Positions 1 to 9,288 of a DNA stretch of 64,000 bases are shown one piece after another. The position numbers and the translations under genes are program-made. The DNA lies in the NCBI GenBank assembly GCA_965206955.1, contig OZ242252.1, forward strand, positions 2,307,771 to 2,371,770, given 5' to 3'. Below the pieces are notes generated by a model. The model had not been told where the DNA came from. It did no database searches and saw nothing but the letters and a program-made list of their open reading frames with translations. The DNA is from Candidatus Foliamicus sp. GTDB lineage: Bacteria; Pseudomonadota; Gammaproteobacteria; Steroidobacterales; Foliamicaceae. How positions within the stretch are numbered: the stretch's first letter is position 1; the number at the start of each line of letters is the position of its first letter.

Positions 1-119
1 TCCGGAGCATGGAGCGGCACTTCTCAGGTGGCGCGGGTATCCTCCTGGATGACCTGGTGGCGGGGGGAATCGCAGGCTTAACTCTTATTATAAGTCAAGT
101 AGTTAGTGCTAATATCTAA
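1..119 (+). CDS. pgpA: phosphatidylglycerophosphatase A, C-terminal fragment (gene starts upstream of the window)
   Basis: Frame 3 reads ...FSGGAGILLDDLVAGGIAGLTLIISQVVSANI*. The GxGIxxDDxxAG block is the conserved PgpA C-terminus. The stop TAA overlaps the next ATG (TAATG). Confidence 0.55.
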   Translation, partial: RSMERHFSGGAGILLDDLVAGGIAGLTLIISQVVSANI

Positions 120-1324
120 TGATTAATGTGAATAGGTCGACAGGTGCGATCATCGCCATCGTTACGGCCATTCACGCCTTGAGTCCTCTGGCCATGCAGA
201 TCTTTCTCCCGGCGTTGCCGGCGATAAGATCCAGCTTCTCAGTCACAGTGGCTGACACCCAGTGGGTAGTCACCGCGTTCTCCGTGGCGCTGGCTGTTTC
301 GATGTTGGCATATGGGCCGATCTCGGACCGCTATGGGCGCCGCCGGGTGGTCCTGTTGGGGCTGACTGTTTTCCTGGTCGGCTCCGCCATCAGCTACTGG
401 GCGGAATCGCTGGAGATTCTGGTGCTGGGCCGAATCGTGCAGGCCATCGGGGTTGCGGCAGGTTCCACCATGGGCCGCGCGGTCGCGGCGGACGTCGTTC
501 CGCCGGAAGAGCTTGCGCGAGCCGTGAGTTTCATGACTATGGGGCTGGTAATGGGACCGATGCTGGCGCCGGTCATTGCCGGTTACCTGGTGTCCTCGGT
601 GGGCTGGCGGAGCATTCCCTTGCTGCTCGGGGCGGTCTCCGCGGTGTTATTGCTGATGGCGCTGAAGTGGATGCCGGAGACCCACAAGCCCAGCAAGCAT
701 TCAACCGGCCCAACCGCCGGGAATGGCGATCGATCGAGTGGGGTTTCCCTGTTTCTCAGCCCCTGGTTCGCCGGTCACCTGATCATCCTTATCGCAGTCC
801 AAGTGGGGGTGTACGGATTCCTTTCCGCTTCGTCGTACCTGGTCATCGATCTACTGGGGTATGAGCCTTTCCAATTCGGCTATGTGTTCATTTATCTGAC
901 CTGCGGCTACCTGTTGGGCAATGCCTTTTCCGGGTGGGGCCGCTTGAAAGGGCCCGGCCTTTTGGCTTGCGCGGTTTGCTCCTACGGCGCCGGCGCCGGC
1001 CTGATGCTGGCCCTTGCGCTGAACGGTGTCGTGAATCTCTACTCCATCGTCGGTCCGGCCGTACTGCTGACCTTCGCCAACGGCGTCTCCCAGCCGCAAT
1101 GCATGGCTGCGGCTCTTTCCGCCGCCCCACAACGCCGCGGCGCTGCCGCCAGCGTAACCGGGTTCGCGCAAATCATGGCCGGTGGAGTAGGCTTTCAGAT
1201 CGTCGGCTGGTTGCCAAGCGGCACTCCGGTTCCGATGGCGTGGCTCATCTGTATCTGCGCGCTTGTAGCCGCGATCGGCGTTGTTACCATTTCCCGCAAA
1301 CCTCGGCGTGCATCAGCCGGGTAG
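119..1324 (+). CDS. MFS transporter, Bcr/CflA drug-resistance subfamily
   Basis: 401 aa with multiple hydrophobic helices. MFS motif A is present (GPISDRYGRRRVVLLG). The N-terminal pattern LSPLAMQIFLPALPAI is typical of Bcr/CflA. Confidence 0.85.
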   Translation: MINVNRSTGAIIAIVTAIHALSPLAMQIFLPALPAIRSSFSVTVADTQWVVTAFSVALAVSMLAYGPISDRYGRRRVVLLGLTVFLVGSAISYWAESLEILVLGRIVQAIGVAAGSTMGRAVAADVVPPEELARAVSFMTMGLVMGPMLAPVIAGYLVSSVGWRSIPLLLGAVSAVLLLMALKWMPETHKPSKHSTGPTAGNGDRSSGVSLFLSPWFAGHLIILIAVQVGVYGFLSASSYLVIDLLGYEPFQFGYVFIYLTCGYLLGNAFSGWGRLKGPGLLACAVCSYGAGAGLMLALALNGVVNLYSIVGPAVLLTFANGVSQPQCMAAALSAAPQRRGAAASVTGFAQIMAGGVGFQIVGWLPSGTPVPMAWLICICALVAAIGVVTISRKPRRASAG

Positions 1325-1337
1325 CGGTACCGGACAG

Positions 1338-1468
1338 CTTGGGAAGGAGGGCTTCCAGCCCTCCACGAGGGCTGGAAGCCCTCGCTCCCAGGGTCGGGGA
1401 CAGGCTCTCGACGAGGGCTGGAAGCCCTCGCTCCCAGGGTCGAGGGCAGGATGCCCTCGTTCCCAGGG
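1338..1468. repeat. REP-like palindromic repeat cluster (4-5 hairpin units), locus A
   Basis: Tandem units of GGGAAGGAGGGCTTCCAGCCCTCC / CGAGGGCTGGAAGCCCTCGCTCCCAGGG / CGAGGGCAGGATGCCCTCGTTCCCAGG lie between convergent gene ends. Confidence 0.85.
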
Positions 1469-1471
1469 GGG

Positions 1472-2215
1472 TTATTCCGCAATGATCGGGTTAACCAGGC
1501 TGCCGACACCCTCAACACGCACTTCAACCGTGTCGCCCGGCTTGACGTCCGACAAGCCATGAGGCGTTCCCGTCGAAATAATCGTGCCGGGCGCCAGGGT
1601 CATGAACTGCGAGAACCACTCGATCAGCGCCGGGATGCCGAAGATGAGGTCGCGAGTATTGCCGTTCTGGCGTAACTCGCCATTCACCCGGGTTTGAATG
1701 GACAGTTCGTGCGGGTTGGGAACATCAGCTGCGTCAACAATCCAGGGGCCTACCGGACCGAAAGTATCAAAGCCCTTGGCCTTGATCGGGGGCCGATAGA
1801 AATTCCCCACGAAGTCGCGCACCGTAAAGTCGTTGCAGACCGTATATCCGGACACGTAATCCATGGCCTCATCGCGTTGAACGCGGCGCGCCTTGCGCCC
1901 GATCACAACGCCCAGTTCACCCTCGTAGTGCATGTACTTGACTCCTGCCGGCCGCACCACCGGAGTCAGATGCCCCACCACCGAGGACGGGTTCTTGATG
2001 AAGGGGATGGGCTCCTCGGGCAATTCGGCGAAATTCAGTTCGCGGGCGTGATCGGCAAAGTTCAGCGCCAAGCCATAGATGGCCGTGTGGGCAGGGGGCA
2101 ACCAGCGCCACTCGCTCGGAGTCAGCCGCTGTCCGTCCAAATCGCGAAAACTGCCGTCTTCATCCACCGTTACTTGCAGGGCTCTTGCGTCCACTTCTAT
2201 ACATGCGGTCTTCAT
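1472..2215 (-). CDS. fumarylacetoacetate hydrolase (FAH) family protein
   Basis: 247 aa. The C-terminal block LIFGIPALIEWFSQFMTLAPGTIISTGTPHG...KPGD is typical of the FAH / 2-keto-4-pentenoate hydratase fold. Its start overlaps the upstream stop (ATGA). Confidence 0.85.
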   Translation of the reverse strand: MKTACIEVDARALQVTVDEDGSFRDLDGQRLTPSEWRWLPPAHTAIYGLALNFADHARELNFAELPEEPIPFIKNPSSVVGHLTPVVRPAGVKYMHYEGELGVVIGRKARRVQRDEAMDYVSGYTVCNDFTVRDFVGNFYRPPIKAKGFDTFGPVGPWIVDAADVPNPHELSIQTRVNGELRQNGNTRDLIFGIPALIEWFSQFMTLAPGTIISTGTPHGLSDVKPGDTVEVRVEGVGSLVNPIIAE

Positions 2216-4137
2216 GCCAGTTCACTCTCCAGTCGGGTAAAGAATTCAAGGGATTGGGGATTCGCCAGGGCCTTGCGATTTGCAACCGGGCGGCCGTGGA
2301 TCAGCTCGCGCACCGCCAGTTCACTGATCTTTCCGCTAACCGTTCGAGGCAGATCCGGGGCAAAGATAATCTTCGCCGGAACGTGCCGCGGGCTGGCCTG
2401 ACGCCGCAATTCACTGCGCACCTTGTCCTTGATCTCCTCGAGAAATCGCGCGTCCTCCCGCACCTGCAGGAACAATACGATGCGAGTGTCGCCTTCGTAC
2501 TCCTGGCCCACTGCGAGCGCTTCTTCGACTTCATCCAAGGCTTCAACCACGCGGTAAATCTCGGCCGTTCCGATGCGATTGCCGCGGGGATTGAGGGCCG
2601 CATCGGAGCGGCCATAGATGATCATGCCTCCGGTTGCGGTGATTTCCGCAAAGTCGCCATGGGTCCACACGCCGGGGAACCGGTCGAAGTAGGCCCGCTG
2701 ATATTTCTCGCCGCGGGCATCGTTCAGGAATCGCAGCGGCATGGAGGGGAAGGGGCGCGTGCAAACCAGTTCACCCGGCTGTTCCCGCACCGAGTGCCCT
2801 TCACTGTCGAATACATCCACGGCCATGCCCAGCGCCCGGCAGGGCATCTCGCCCCGATAAACGCTGAGCATGGGGTTGCCGGCGATGAAACAGCCCAGCA
2901 ACTCCGTCCCGCCGGCGATGGACGCCAGCATTGCATTGCTTGAGACCTCACGATAAACGTAGTCGTAGCTCTGCGGCGCAAGCGGTGAGCCGGTCGACAA
3001 TAACACTCGGAGCTCGGTGAGATCGAACTCGGCGCCGGGGCGCACGCGCGAGTTTTCCATGTTCTTGAGATACGCGGCGCTGGCGCCGAAAATGTTCACG
3101 CCCTCGTCGGCGCAAATCTTCCACAGGGCGCCGGGGGAAGGGTGCAGAGGAGATCCTTCGTACAACAATAGGGTGCAGCCCGTTGCCAGACCGCTTGCCA
3201 GCCAGTTCCACATCATCCAGCCGCAATTGGTCAGGTAGTAGAACGTGTCGTCGGGTGTAAGTCCGGCATGCAAACGGTGCTCTTTTACGTGCTGCAGCAG
3301 CGCTCCGCCGGCACGGTGGACAATGCATTTGGGCGCGCCGGTGGTTCCGGAAGAAAACACAACGTAGAGCGGATGATCGAACGGCAGCTGCGCAAACTCA
3401 GGCATTGCAGGGGCGCCGAATTCCGGGTAAGCGACAACGTTCCCGCCGCATGGAAGCGATGCAGTCCCGCCGAGGTTGGCGACCAGCACCGTTGCGAGCA
3501 GGCTCGGCAAACCCTCGCGGATTTCCTCTAGCTCGGCAAGACGTGATAGCCGACGGCTTCGCCAGTAATAGCCATCCGCCCCAAGCAGAACTTTGGGCCG
3601 CAGCATGCTGAAGCGCTCAAGAACAGCCGCGACCCCAAACTCCTGGGAGCAGGAACTGAATACGGCCCCGATACTCGCCGCTGCCAGCATGAACACGACT
3701 GTCTCTGGACGATTCGGCATCCAGGCCGCCACGGTGTCGCCTTGGCGAACGCCCAGCCCGGTAAGGCCAGCCGCGACGCGCCCCACCTCCCGGCGCAACT
3801 CCCCGTAGCTCATTTCCATCCGGCGGCCGGCTTCGTCGAGATAAATGAGGGCGCGGCGCGAAGCGTCCTGCCAAAGCAGGTTCTCCGCGAAATTCAGCCG
3901 GGCGCCGGAGAACCATTGCACATCCTGCATCCGCTCCCCTTCCGTAAGGACCGTATCCCACTCTTTACTGGCGCGAATCCCACAGAATCGCCACAACCGG
4001 GCCCAGAAATCCTCGGGGTCTTCAACCGACCACTGATGCAGGGCAGGGTAGTCGGAATGCCCCGATTCGCGCATGAACTGCGCCATGGCGCTGGCGCGCG
4101 CCCGTTCCGGCGAAGGCGTCCAAAGGCAAGTGCTCAC
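2212..4137 (-). CDS. aacS: acetoacetyl-CoA synthetase (acetoacetate--CoA ligase)
   Basis: 641 aa. AMP-binding motif FSSGTTGAPKCIVH. The N-terminus (HQWSVEDPEDFWARLWRFCGI) is characteristic of acetoacetyl-CoA synthetases. Confidence 0.85.
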   Translation of the reverse strand: MSTCLWTPSPERARASAMAQFMRESGHSDYPALHQWSVEDPEDFWARLWRFCGIRASKEWDTVLTEGERMQDVQWFSGARLNFAENLLWQDASRRALIYLDEAGRRMEMSYGELRREVGRVAAGLTGLGVRQGDTVAAWMPNRPETVVFMLAAASIGAVFSSCSQEFGVAAVLERFSMLRPKVLLGADGYYWRSRRLSRLAELEEIREGLPSLLATVLVANLGGTASLPCGGNVVAYPEFGAPAMPEFAQLPFDHPLYVVFSSGTTGAPKCIVHRAGGALLQHVKEHRLHAGLTPDDTFYYLTNCGWMMWNWLASGLATGCTLLLYEGSPLHPSPGALWKICADEGVNIFGASAAYLKNMENSRVRPGAEFDLTELRVLLSTGSPLAPQSYDYVYREVSSNAMLASIAGGTELLGCFIAGNPMLSVYRGEMPCRALGMAVDVFDSEGHSVREQPGELVCTRPFPSMPLRFLNDARGEKYQRAYFDRFPGVWTHGDFAEITATGGMIIYGRSDAALNPRGNRIGTAEIYRVVEALDEVEEALAVGQEYEGDTRIVLFLQVREDARFLEEIKDKVRSELRRQASPRHVPAKIIFAPDLPRTVSGKISELAVRELIHGRPVANRKALANPQSLEFFTRLESELA

Positions 4138-4161
4138 AGCGCAATTATCGCCTCAGACCAC

Positions 4162-4190
4162 CCTGGGAAGGAGGGCATCCTGCCCTCGAC
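4162..4190. repeat. single REP-like hairpin unit, locus B
   Basis: CCTGGGAAGGAGGGCATCCTGCCCTCGAC, the same core as the other loci. Confidence 0.7.
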
Positions 4191-4263
4191 TATCAACTGG
4201 ATTTGTCGCCCCTTCCGCTCAAGCGAGAGTTTCGCGAGCGGAAACGCCAAGCAGCCTAACTTA

Positions 4264-4545
4264 TTACCCGGCGGCGAAAAGGGTGAAGATCCCTCCGATC
4301 ATGGTCACAACGATCGCGATGCTGCCGGTAAGGATCGCACGAAGAATGGAGTTCTTGGCCTGTTCGACCTTGGACTCGATCTTCGACTCAATCCTCGCTT
4401 CCAACGCGCTCAGATCCCCCTTCGTCGCGGAGTCTTCGCCCCGCAGGCCGGCAACCTGAGCGATGGCCTCCGCATGCTCCCGGTTCATGCCCGCTTTTTG
4501 CAGTGAACGGGCGGCCTGTAGCGTATCGAAGGCGACGGAGGTCAT
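4264..4545 (-). CDS. small coiled-coil protein with C-terminal membrane anchor (DUF1640-like)
   Basis: The start was re-chosen at MTSVAFDTLQAARSLQKAG... (93 aa). The longer ORF (to 4842) would overlap the TBDR 3' end. The protein has coiled-coil heptads and a hydrophobic tail, ILTGSIAIVVTMIGGIFTLFAAG. Confidence 0.6.
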   Translation of the reverse strand: MTSVAFDTLQAARSLQKAGMNREHAEAIAQVAGLRGEDSATKGDLSALEARIESKIESKVEQAKNSILRAILTGSIAIVVTMIGGIFTLFAAG

Positions 4546-4715
4546 GGGTGAAGTATAGCCCGCTGCAAACCACCCCCTTAAGCAAAAAAGGGCTGGGATC
4601 AAGCAGATTTTCCTGCCAGTCGCTCCTCGGCGCAAAACGCACCGGGTTGCAGCCTGACAGGATATCCAAGAGGCACGCTCACCCGCCTCCAGGGCGGGTG
4701 AGCGGTTGTTGCGAA

Positions 4716-7202
4716 CTAGAAGCTCCAGTCCACCTGAATGCCGATGCTGCGCAGATCCTGCGGCGCAACCATCACACCATGTATGTTGAACGTGAACCTG
4801 TAGGCTTCTGCAAAATTGACGTAGCGTGTGGCAGCAGCCCAAGTGTCCTGTTCAAACACATTGTCAACATAAAGTTCGACGCGCAGGCCTTCGCGTTCCA
4901 CACCTGCTCTCAAATTCGACAGCCAATATCCATCCAGCGTTGCGAGGTTTCCTCCGTCGCCAGCCCAGGTTTTCCCCATATACATGAAATCTCCGCGGGC
5001 GAAGAAATCCCAGTCGGCGGTCAGACGATCAGTGTAGGCAAGGCTGGCGTTACCCATAATGTTGGGGTAACGGCCTGACTGATTGCCCTCAAGATTTCGA
5101 CTTCCGGTGATGTCCTGGACGAAAGTCGCAGCATACGTTGTGTACTCATTGTCCTGCCAAGCAGCATTCGCATGAAGCATCCAGTTGTCGTCCAGTGCCC
5201 ATGAACTTTCCACTTCAATACCCCAAAGATTGGAATCTCCAGGGAAGCTGAATTCAAGCGTGTTTGGCCGGTTGTTTGGAATGCGATCAGGAACGGGGTT
5301 CTCGTCGTCAACATCACGGAAGAACACTACAAAGTTCTGAAACACCTGAGCCACCCACTTGTAGTAGTAAGTAGCCGCGCTTAATTGCCCTCTGCCTCCC
5401 AACAGCGTAGTCTTGATGCCAACCTCAATCGCGTCCAGTTCCTGCGCAGGCGTTGATTCCGTCGCCTCGGGAGCCTTGCGTCTAACCTGATCATACTCAG
5501 ATTCCGTACTGGCCTGACCTGTTTCGCGGTCGATGTAAGGCTCGATAAAGGCCTCACGCCCGGCATTGATTAGCTGCGTATTCAAGACCCCTGGAAGCAT
5601 GCCCTTCGAAAAACTAGCGTAAAGATTAGTAGTGTCGTTGGGTTGCCAACGCAGGATTACGCGTGGAATCAGTTCGTTGTAGTCGGCGCCTATGCCCGAA
5701 TTTGTTCTCTGATCGGCCATATATCGCGCTTCAAGGTCCAGCGAAAATTGTTGGCCGAGCGGGATTGAGGAGGAGGCAAATATTCCCTGTATCTTGGCCG
5801 TTTCGCCGCCTGTCGCCGGTAACGATACGGGCAACGGCCCCGCACATCCGATCGCTTCGGGAATCACGCAAGTTATTAGTACGTCTCCGCCCACGCCGGA
5901 TAATGCAATTTCGTGTTCAAAATAGCTGGCGCCGACCATCCAATCAATGCGGCTGTCAGGCGATGCCATAAGACGTAACTCCACGCCCCGGTCATCGTTG
6001 TTCTGAGGGTCGGATGTGTAAAACGCCTCCTTATCCGTCATGTCAAAATCCCGAATCCAATTGGCTCCGTGGTCGTTGTAAGAGAGATTCAACGCCAATT
6101 CCATTCCGTTACCCAAAGCGTAGTCCACGTCGAGGATCGACCGAAAAACTTCGCGAGTCAGGCCCATATTGCGCCGCTCGGGAACACCAGCCCGAAGTGC
6201 CCGCTGCGCCATCCTATCTACCAGAAAATTCGGCACTCCCCGACGCTCAAGTATGGCTGGGTAAAGCGATGTATTGTGCGAAACAAGCGGAGCCCCTGGT
6301 TCTCCCGGGTTTGGGATTCGTCCGCATATGTATTCGACTGGCGACAGGGATACAATCCTGCCGTCATTGTCCGGTCGCTGGATAGTCGTGCCACTACAGG
6401 TATCGTAGGAACGGCCACCAAGAAATGCGATAGCGGGCGGGCCGTCATCGTCCTCATGGTAGAACATGCGGAATCGAGCCGTGAGGCTGTCGCCCAGCGC
6501 CGAAAATAAAGTTAGCCCCGCGGATTGTGACGATTCCTTGCCCAAGCCGCCGCCGTCACTGGCAATATACATCGCTCCCTTGTTGTAGTGGCCCAGGCTG
6601 ATTCGAAAGGCGAGCCGATCTTCCACCAGAGGCCCGCCGAAACTGGCGGCGATGTTGGTCTGGTCATATTGCCCCGCCGACGCCCGCACCTTGCTCGAAA
6701 ACTCCGAAAGGCTGGGATTGCTGGTTACATAATTGATTGCTCCGGAGAAAGTGTTACGGCCGAAGAACGCGGATTGCGGCCCCTTGATGACTTCGACTCG
6801 TTCAACGTCCAAAAGGGGGATCGATTGCGACCCGCCCATGACATAAACGCCGTCCAGAAACAAGCCAGCCAATTGCTCATGTGGTTTGTCCGTGGGCCGG
6901 TCCATTCCCCGAAACCTGATTACTGTATTCAGCCGTCCAGGCCGGTTATGAGCCAGATTGTCCTGGAAAGCGAGCCCGGTCGTCTGGAGCGCGATGTCAC
7001 CAAGCGTCTGCAGGCCGGCCCGGCTCAGATCTTCGCCGGAAAACACTGTTATCGACAGCGGCGCCTCCAAGAGTGACTCGTCGCGCTTGCGGGCCGTGAC
7101 GATGATTTCTTCGAGTTCCTGCGCGGAAGCGCCCAGTGGAATGCACAATGCAACAGCAGGAATGGCGGCGCCAAGCAGGCGCCAGCGGAGTGTTTGGGCC
7201 AT
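4716..7202 (-). CDS. TonB-dependent receptor
   Basis: 828 aa. Signal peptide, plug-domain motif EEIIVTARKRDESLLEAPLSITV, VEVIKGPQSAFFG, and a C-terminal aromatic residue (...QVDWSF). Confidence 0.93.
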   Translation of the reverse strand: MAQTLRWRLLGAAIPAVALCIPLGASAQELEEIIVTARKRDESLLEAPLSITVFSGEDLSRAGLQTLGDIALQTTGLAFQDNLAHNRPGRLNTVIRFRGMDRPTDKPHEQLAGLFLDGVYVMGGSQSIPLLDVERVEVIKGPQSAFFGRNTFSGAINYVTSNPSLSEFSSKVRASAGQYDQTNIAASFGGPLVEDRLAFRISLGHYNKGAMYIASDGGGLGKESSQSAGLTLFSALGDSLTARFRMFYHEDDDGPPAIAFLGGRSYDTCSGTTIQRPDNDGRIVSLSPVEYICGRIPNPGEPGAPLVSHNTSLYPAILERRGVPNFLVDRMAQRALRAGVPERRNMGLTREVFRSILDVDYALGNGMELALNLSYNDHGANWIRDFDMTDKEAFYTSDPQNNDDRGVELRLMASPDSRIDWMVGASYFEHEIALSGVGGDVLITCVIPEAIGCAGPLPVSLPATGGETAKIQGIFASSSIPLGQQFSLDLEARYMADQRTNSGIGADYNELIPRVILRWQPNDTTNLYASFSKGMLPGVLNTQLINAGREAFIEPYIDRETGQASTESEYDQVRRKAPEATESTPAQELDAIEVGIKTTLLGGRGQLSAATYYYKWVAQVFQNFVVFFRDVDDENPVPDRIPNNRPNTLEFSFPGDSNLWGIEVESSWALDDNWMLHANAAWQDNEYTTYAATFVQDITGSRNLEGNQSGRYPNIMGNASLAYTDRLTADWDFFARGDFMYMGKTWAGDGGNLATLDGYWLSNLRAGVEREGLRVELYVDNVFEQDTWAAATRYVNFAEAYRFTFNIHGVMVAPQDLRSIGIQVDWSF

Positions 7203-7350
7203 AAATTACCCTCCCAAGTGGGTGTTTTCGAAACCGCGCGGGATAATAGCATGCACCGCAGATCCTGGCTATTTTGGCCCTACCAATAACCAAGGCAAGG
7301 TCACGCCACGAACGCTTCCCGTTCTGGTCGAGATCAAGCCCTGAGAAGCG

Positions 7351-9021
7351 ATGGACGTGTACACTTCCGGGGCAATGAGTGATCGGGAAAGCATGGAATT
7401 CGACGTGATCGTAGTGGGTGGCGGCCCCTGCGGCCTGTCCGCCTCCATCCGGCTGGCGCAGCTTGCTCAGAAAGAAGGGCGCGAACTCAATATCTGCCTG
7501 CTGGAAAAAAGCGCGGAGATCGGCGCGCATATCGTTTCCGGCGCGGTACTTGAATCGAGGGCACTGGACGAACTTCTGCCCGGATGGCAGGACCGGGGCG
7601 CGCCTCCGGCCACGCCGGTTGAGACCGACGACTTTCATTATCTGCTGTCATCGAACCGGTCGTTACGACTTCCGGGCATGTTCATTCCGTACCCGATGCG
7701 CAATCACGGCAATTTCATCGTAAGCCTGGGCGCCCTGTGCAAATGGCTTGGGGAACAGGCGGAGGACCTGGGCATCAACGTCTTTCCCGGCTATCCGGCC
7801 TCGGAGGTGCTGTACGCGAACGGGCGCGTCGTGGGTGTTGCAACCGGCCAAATGGGGCGCTCGCGGGATGGAGAGGAAAAGCCGGGCTACGACCCTGGAA
7901 TCGAGTTGCACGCTCCATACACGATATTCGCGGAGGGATGCCGGGGCAGCCTGGGGAAGGAACTGATGGGCCGCTTTGATCTTCGCAAGGACAGCGATCC
8001 GCAACATTACGGCATCGGCGTAAAAGAGGTCTGGCGGGTGCCGGAAGACAAGCACCGCCCGGGGGCTGTGGTACATACCCTTGGCTGGCCGCTGGGGCAG
8101 ACTACCGAAGGCGGCGGGTTTCTGTACCACGCGCATGACGGACTGATCTACCTGGGCTTTATCGTGGCCCTGAACTACAGCAACCCGCACCTGGATCCGT
8201 TTCAGGAATTTCAACGCTGGAAGCATCATCCGCGCATCCGCGCCGTGATTGAGGACGGTGAGCGGATTTCCTGGGGAGCAAGGGCGGTCAACAAGGGCGG
8301 CCTGCAATCGTTGCCGAAACTGGCTTTCCCCGGGGCGGTGCTGGCGGGTTGCGAGGCCGGATTTCTCAACGGCGCCAAAATCAAGGGCAACCATACGGCC
8401 ATGAAAACGGGCATGCTCGCGGCTGAAGCGATCTTCGATGCATTGGCGAGCGATGCTCCCCCGGACATCCCGAATAGCTACGAGCGCAGGGTAAGTGAAT
8501 CCTGGGTGCATGAAGAACTCATGCAGGCACGTAACTTCGGGCCGGCTCAGCACCGTTTCGGCCTGTTGGGGGGCTCGGCGTTTACCTGGCTTGACCTCAA
8601 TGTTTTTCGTGGCAGGCTTCCGTTTACGCTCCACAATCGCAAGCCGGATCATGCGTCCCTGTTGCCGGTCTCCAGGGCTCCGCGCATCGAGTATCCCAAA
8701 CCGGACGGCAAGCTGAGCTTCGACCGTCTGTCGTCGGTGTACCTGTCGGCCACCAATCATGAAGAGGACCAGCCGTGCCACCTGGTGCTGGCGGATTCCG
8801 AGATTCCAATACGCGACAATCTGCCGCAATTCGACGAACCGGCGCAGCGCTATTGCCCGGCGGCGGTGTATGAGGTCACCCGGGAAGGAGGCGCACCGCG
8901 CTTCGTGATCAACGCCCAGAATTGCATTCATTGCAAGACCTGCGACATCAAGGACCCGGCGCAGAATATCAATTGGGTCACGCCGGAGGGCGGTGGGGGG
9001 CCCAACTACGCCGGGATGTAG
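7351..9021 (+). CDS. electron-transfer flavoprotein:ubiquinone oxidoreductase (ETF-QO)
   Basis: FAD fold DVIVVGGGPCGLSA and C-terminal 4Fe-4S motif CIHCKTCDIKDP. The true start may be the in-frame ATG at 7375 (MSDRESMEFDV...). Confidence 0.9.
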   Translation: MDVYTSGAMSDRESMEFDVIVVGGGPCGLSASIRLAQLAQKEGRELNICLLEKSAEIGAHIVSGAVLESRALDELLPGWQDRGAPPATPVETDDFHYLLSSNRSLRLPGMFIPYPMRNHGNFIVSLGALCKWLGEQAEDLGINVFPGYPASEVLYANGRVVGVATGQMGRSRDGEEKPGYDPGIELHAPYTIFAEGCRGSLGKELMGRFDLRKDSDPQHYGIGVKEVWRVPEDKHRPGAVVHTLGWPLGQTTEGGGFLYHAHDGLIYLGFIVALNYSNPHLDPFQEFQRWKHHPRIRAVIEDGERISWGARAVNKGGLQSLPKLAFPGAVLAGCEAGFLNGAKIKGNHTAMKTGMLAAEAIFDALASDAPPDIPNSYERRVSESWVHEELMQARNFGPAQHRFGLLGGSAFTWLDLNVFRGRLPFTLHNRKPDHASLLPVSRAPRIEYPKPDGKLSFDRLSSVYLSATNHEEDQPCHLVLADSEIPIRDNLPQFDEPAQRYCPAAVYEVTREGGAPRFVINAQNCIHCKTCDIKDPAQNINWVTPEGGGGPNYAGM

Positions 9022-9045
9022 CTTTGGGAGCATTCGCCGCGGATA

Positions 9046-9145
9046 GCGCTGCGCTGATGCGCAAGGAGTAATGGAACGAGGGCATCCTGCCCTCGGCGAG
9101 GGCAGGATGCCCTCGTTCCCAGCGAAAGGATGCCCTCGTTCCCAG
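9046..9145. repeat. REP-like composite element, locus C
   Basis: GCGCTGATGCGCAAGGAGTAATGGAACGAGGGCATCCTGCCCTCGGCGAGGGCAGGATGCCCTCGTTCCCAG...GGATGCCCTCGTTCCCAGTC. It is nearly collinear with locus D (15322-15421). Confidence 0.85.
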
Positions 9146-9288
9146 TCAAACCGTGTTTCGTAATCGCCAACCTCCTCGGTTCAATCCGGCTTGCATTTTG
9201 GCTTTACAAAGCCTGAGCTGGGCGCCACCTTTGAGCCGGCGTCTGGGGTTTGTGTGCTGCGTGCATACGTATCGGGAGTAATCGAGTG

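Noticed and set aside
4546-4842. N-terminal extension of the small coiled-coil ORF (192-aa version)
   Set aside because: The extension overlaps the 3' end of the TBDR gene and is Cys/Arg-rich low-complexity sequence. The internal ATG at 4545 gives a compact protein.
7663-9033. 456-aa ORF antisense to the ETF-QO gene
   Set aside because: It overlaps a confidently identified gene over its whole length. Its composition is Arg/Ala/Pro-rich, typical of shadow ORFs in GC-rich DNA. It has no recognisable motif.
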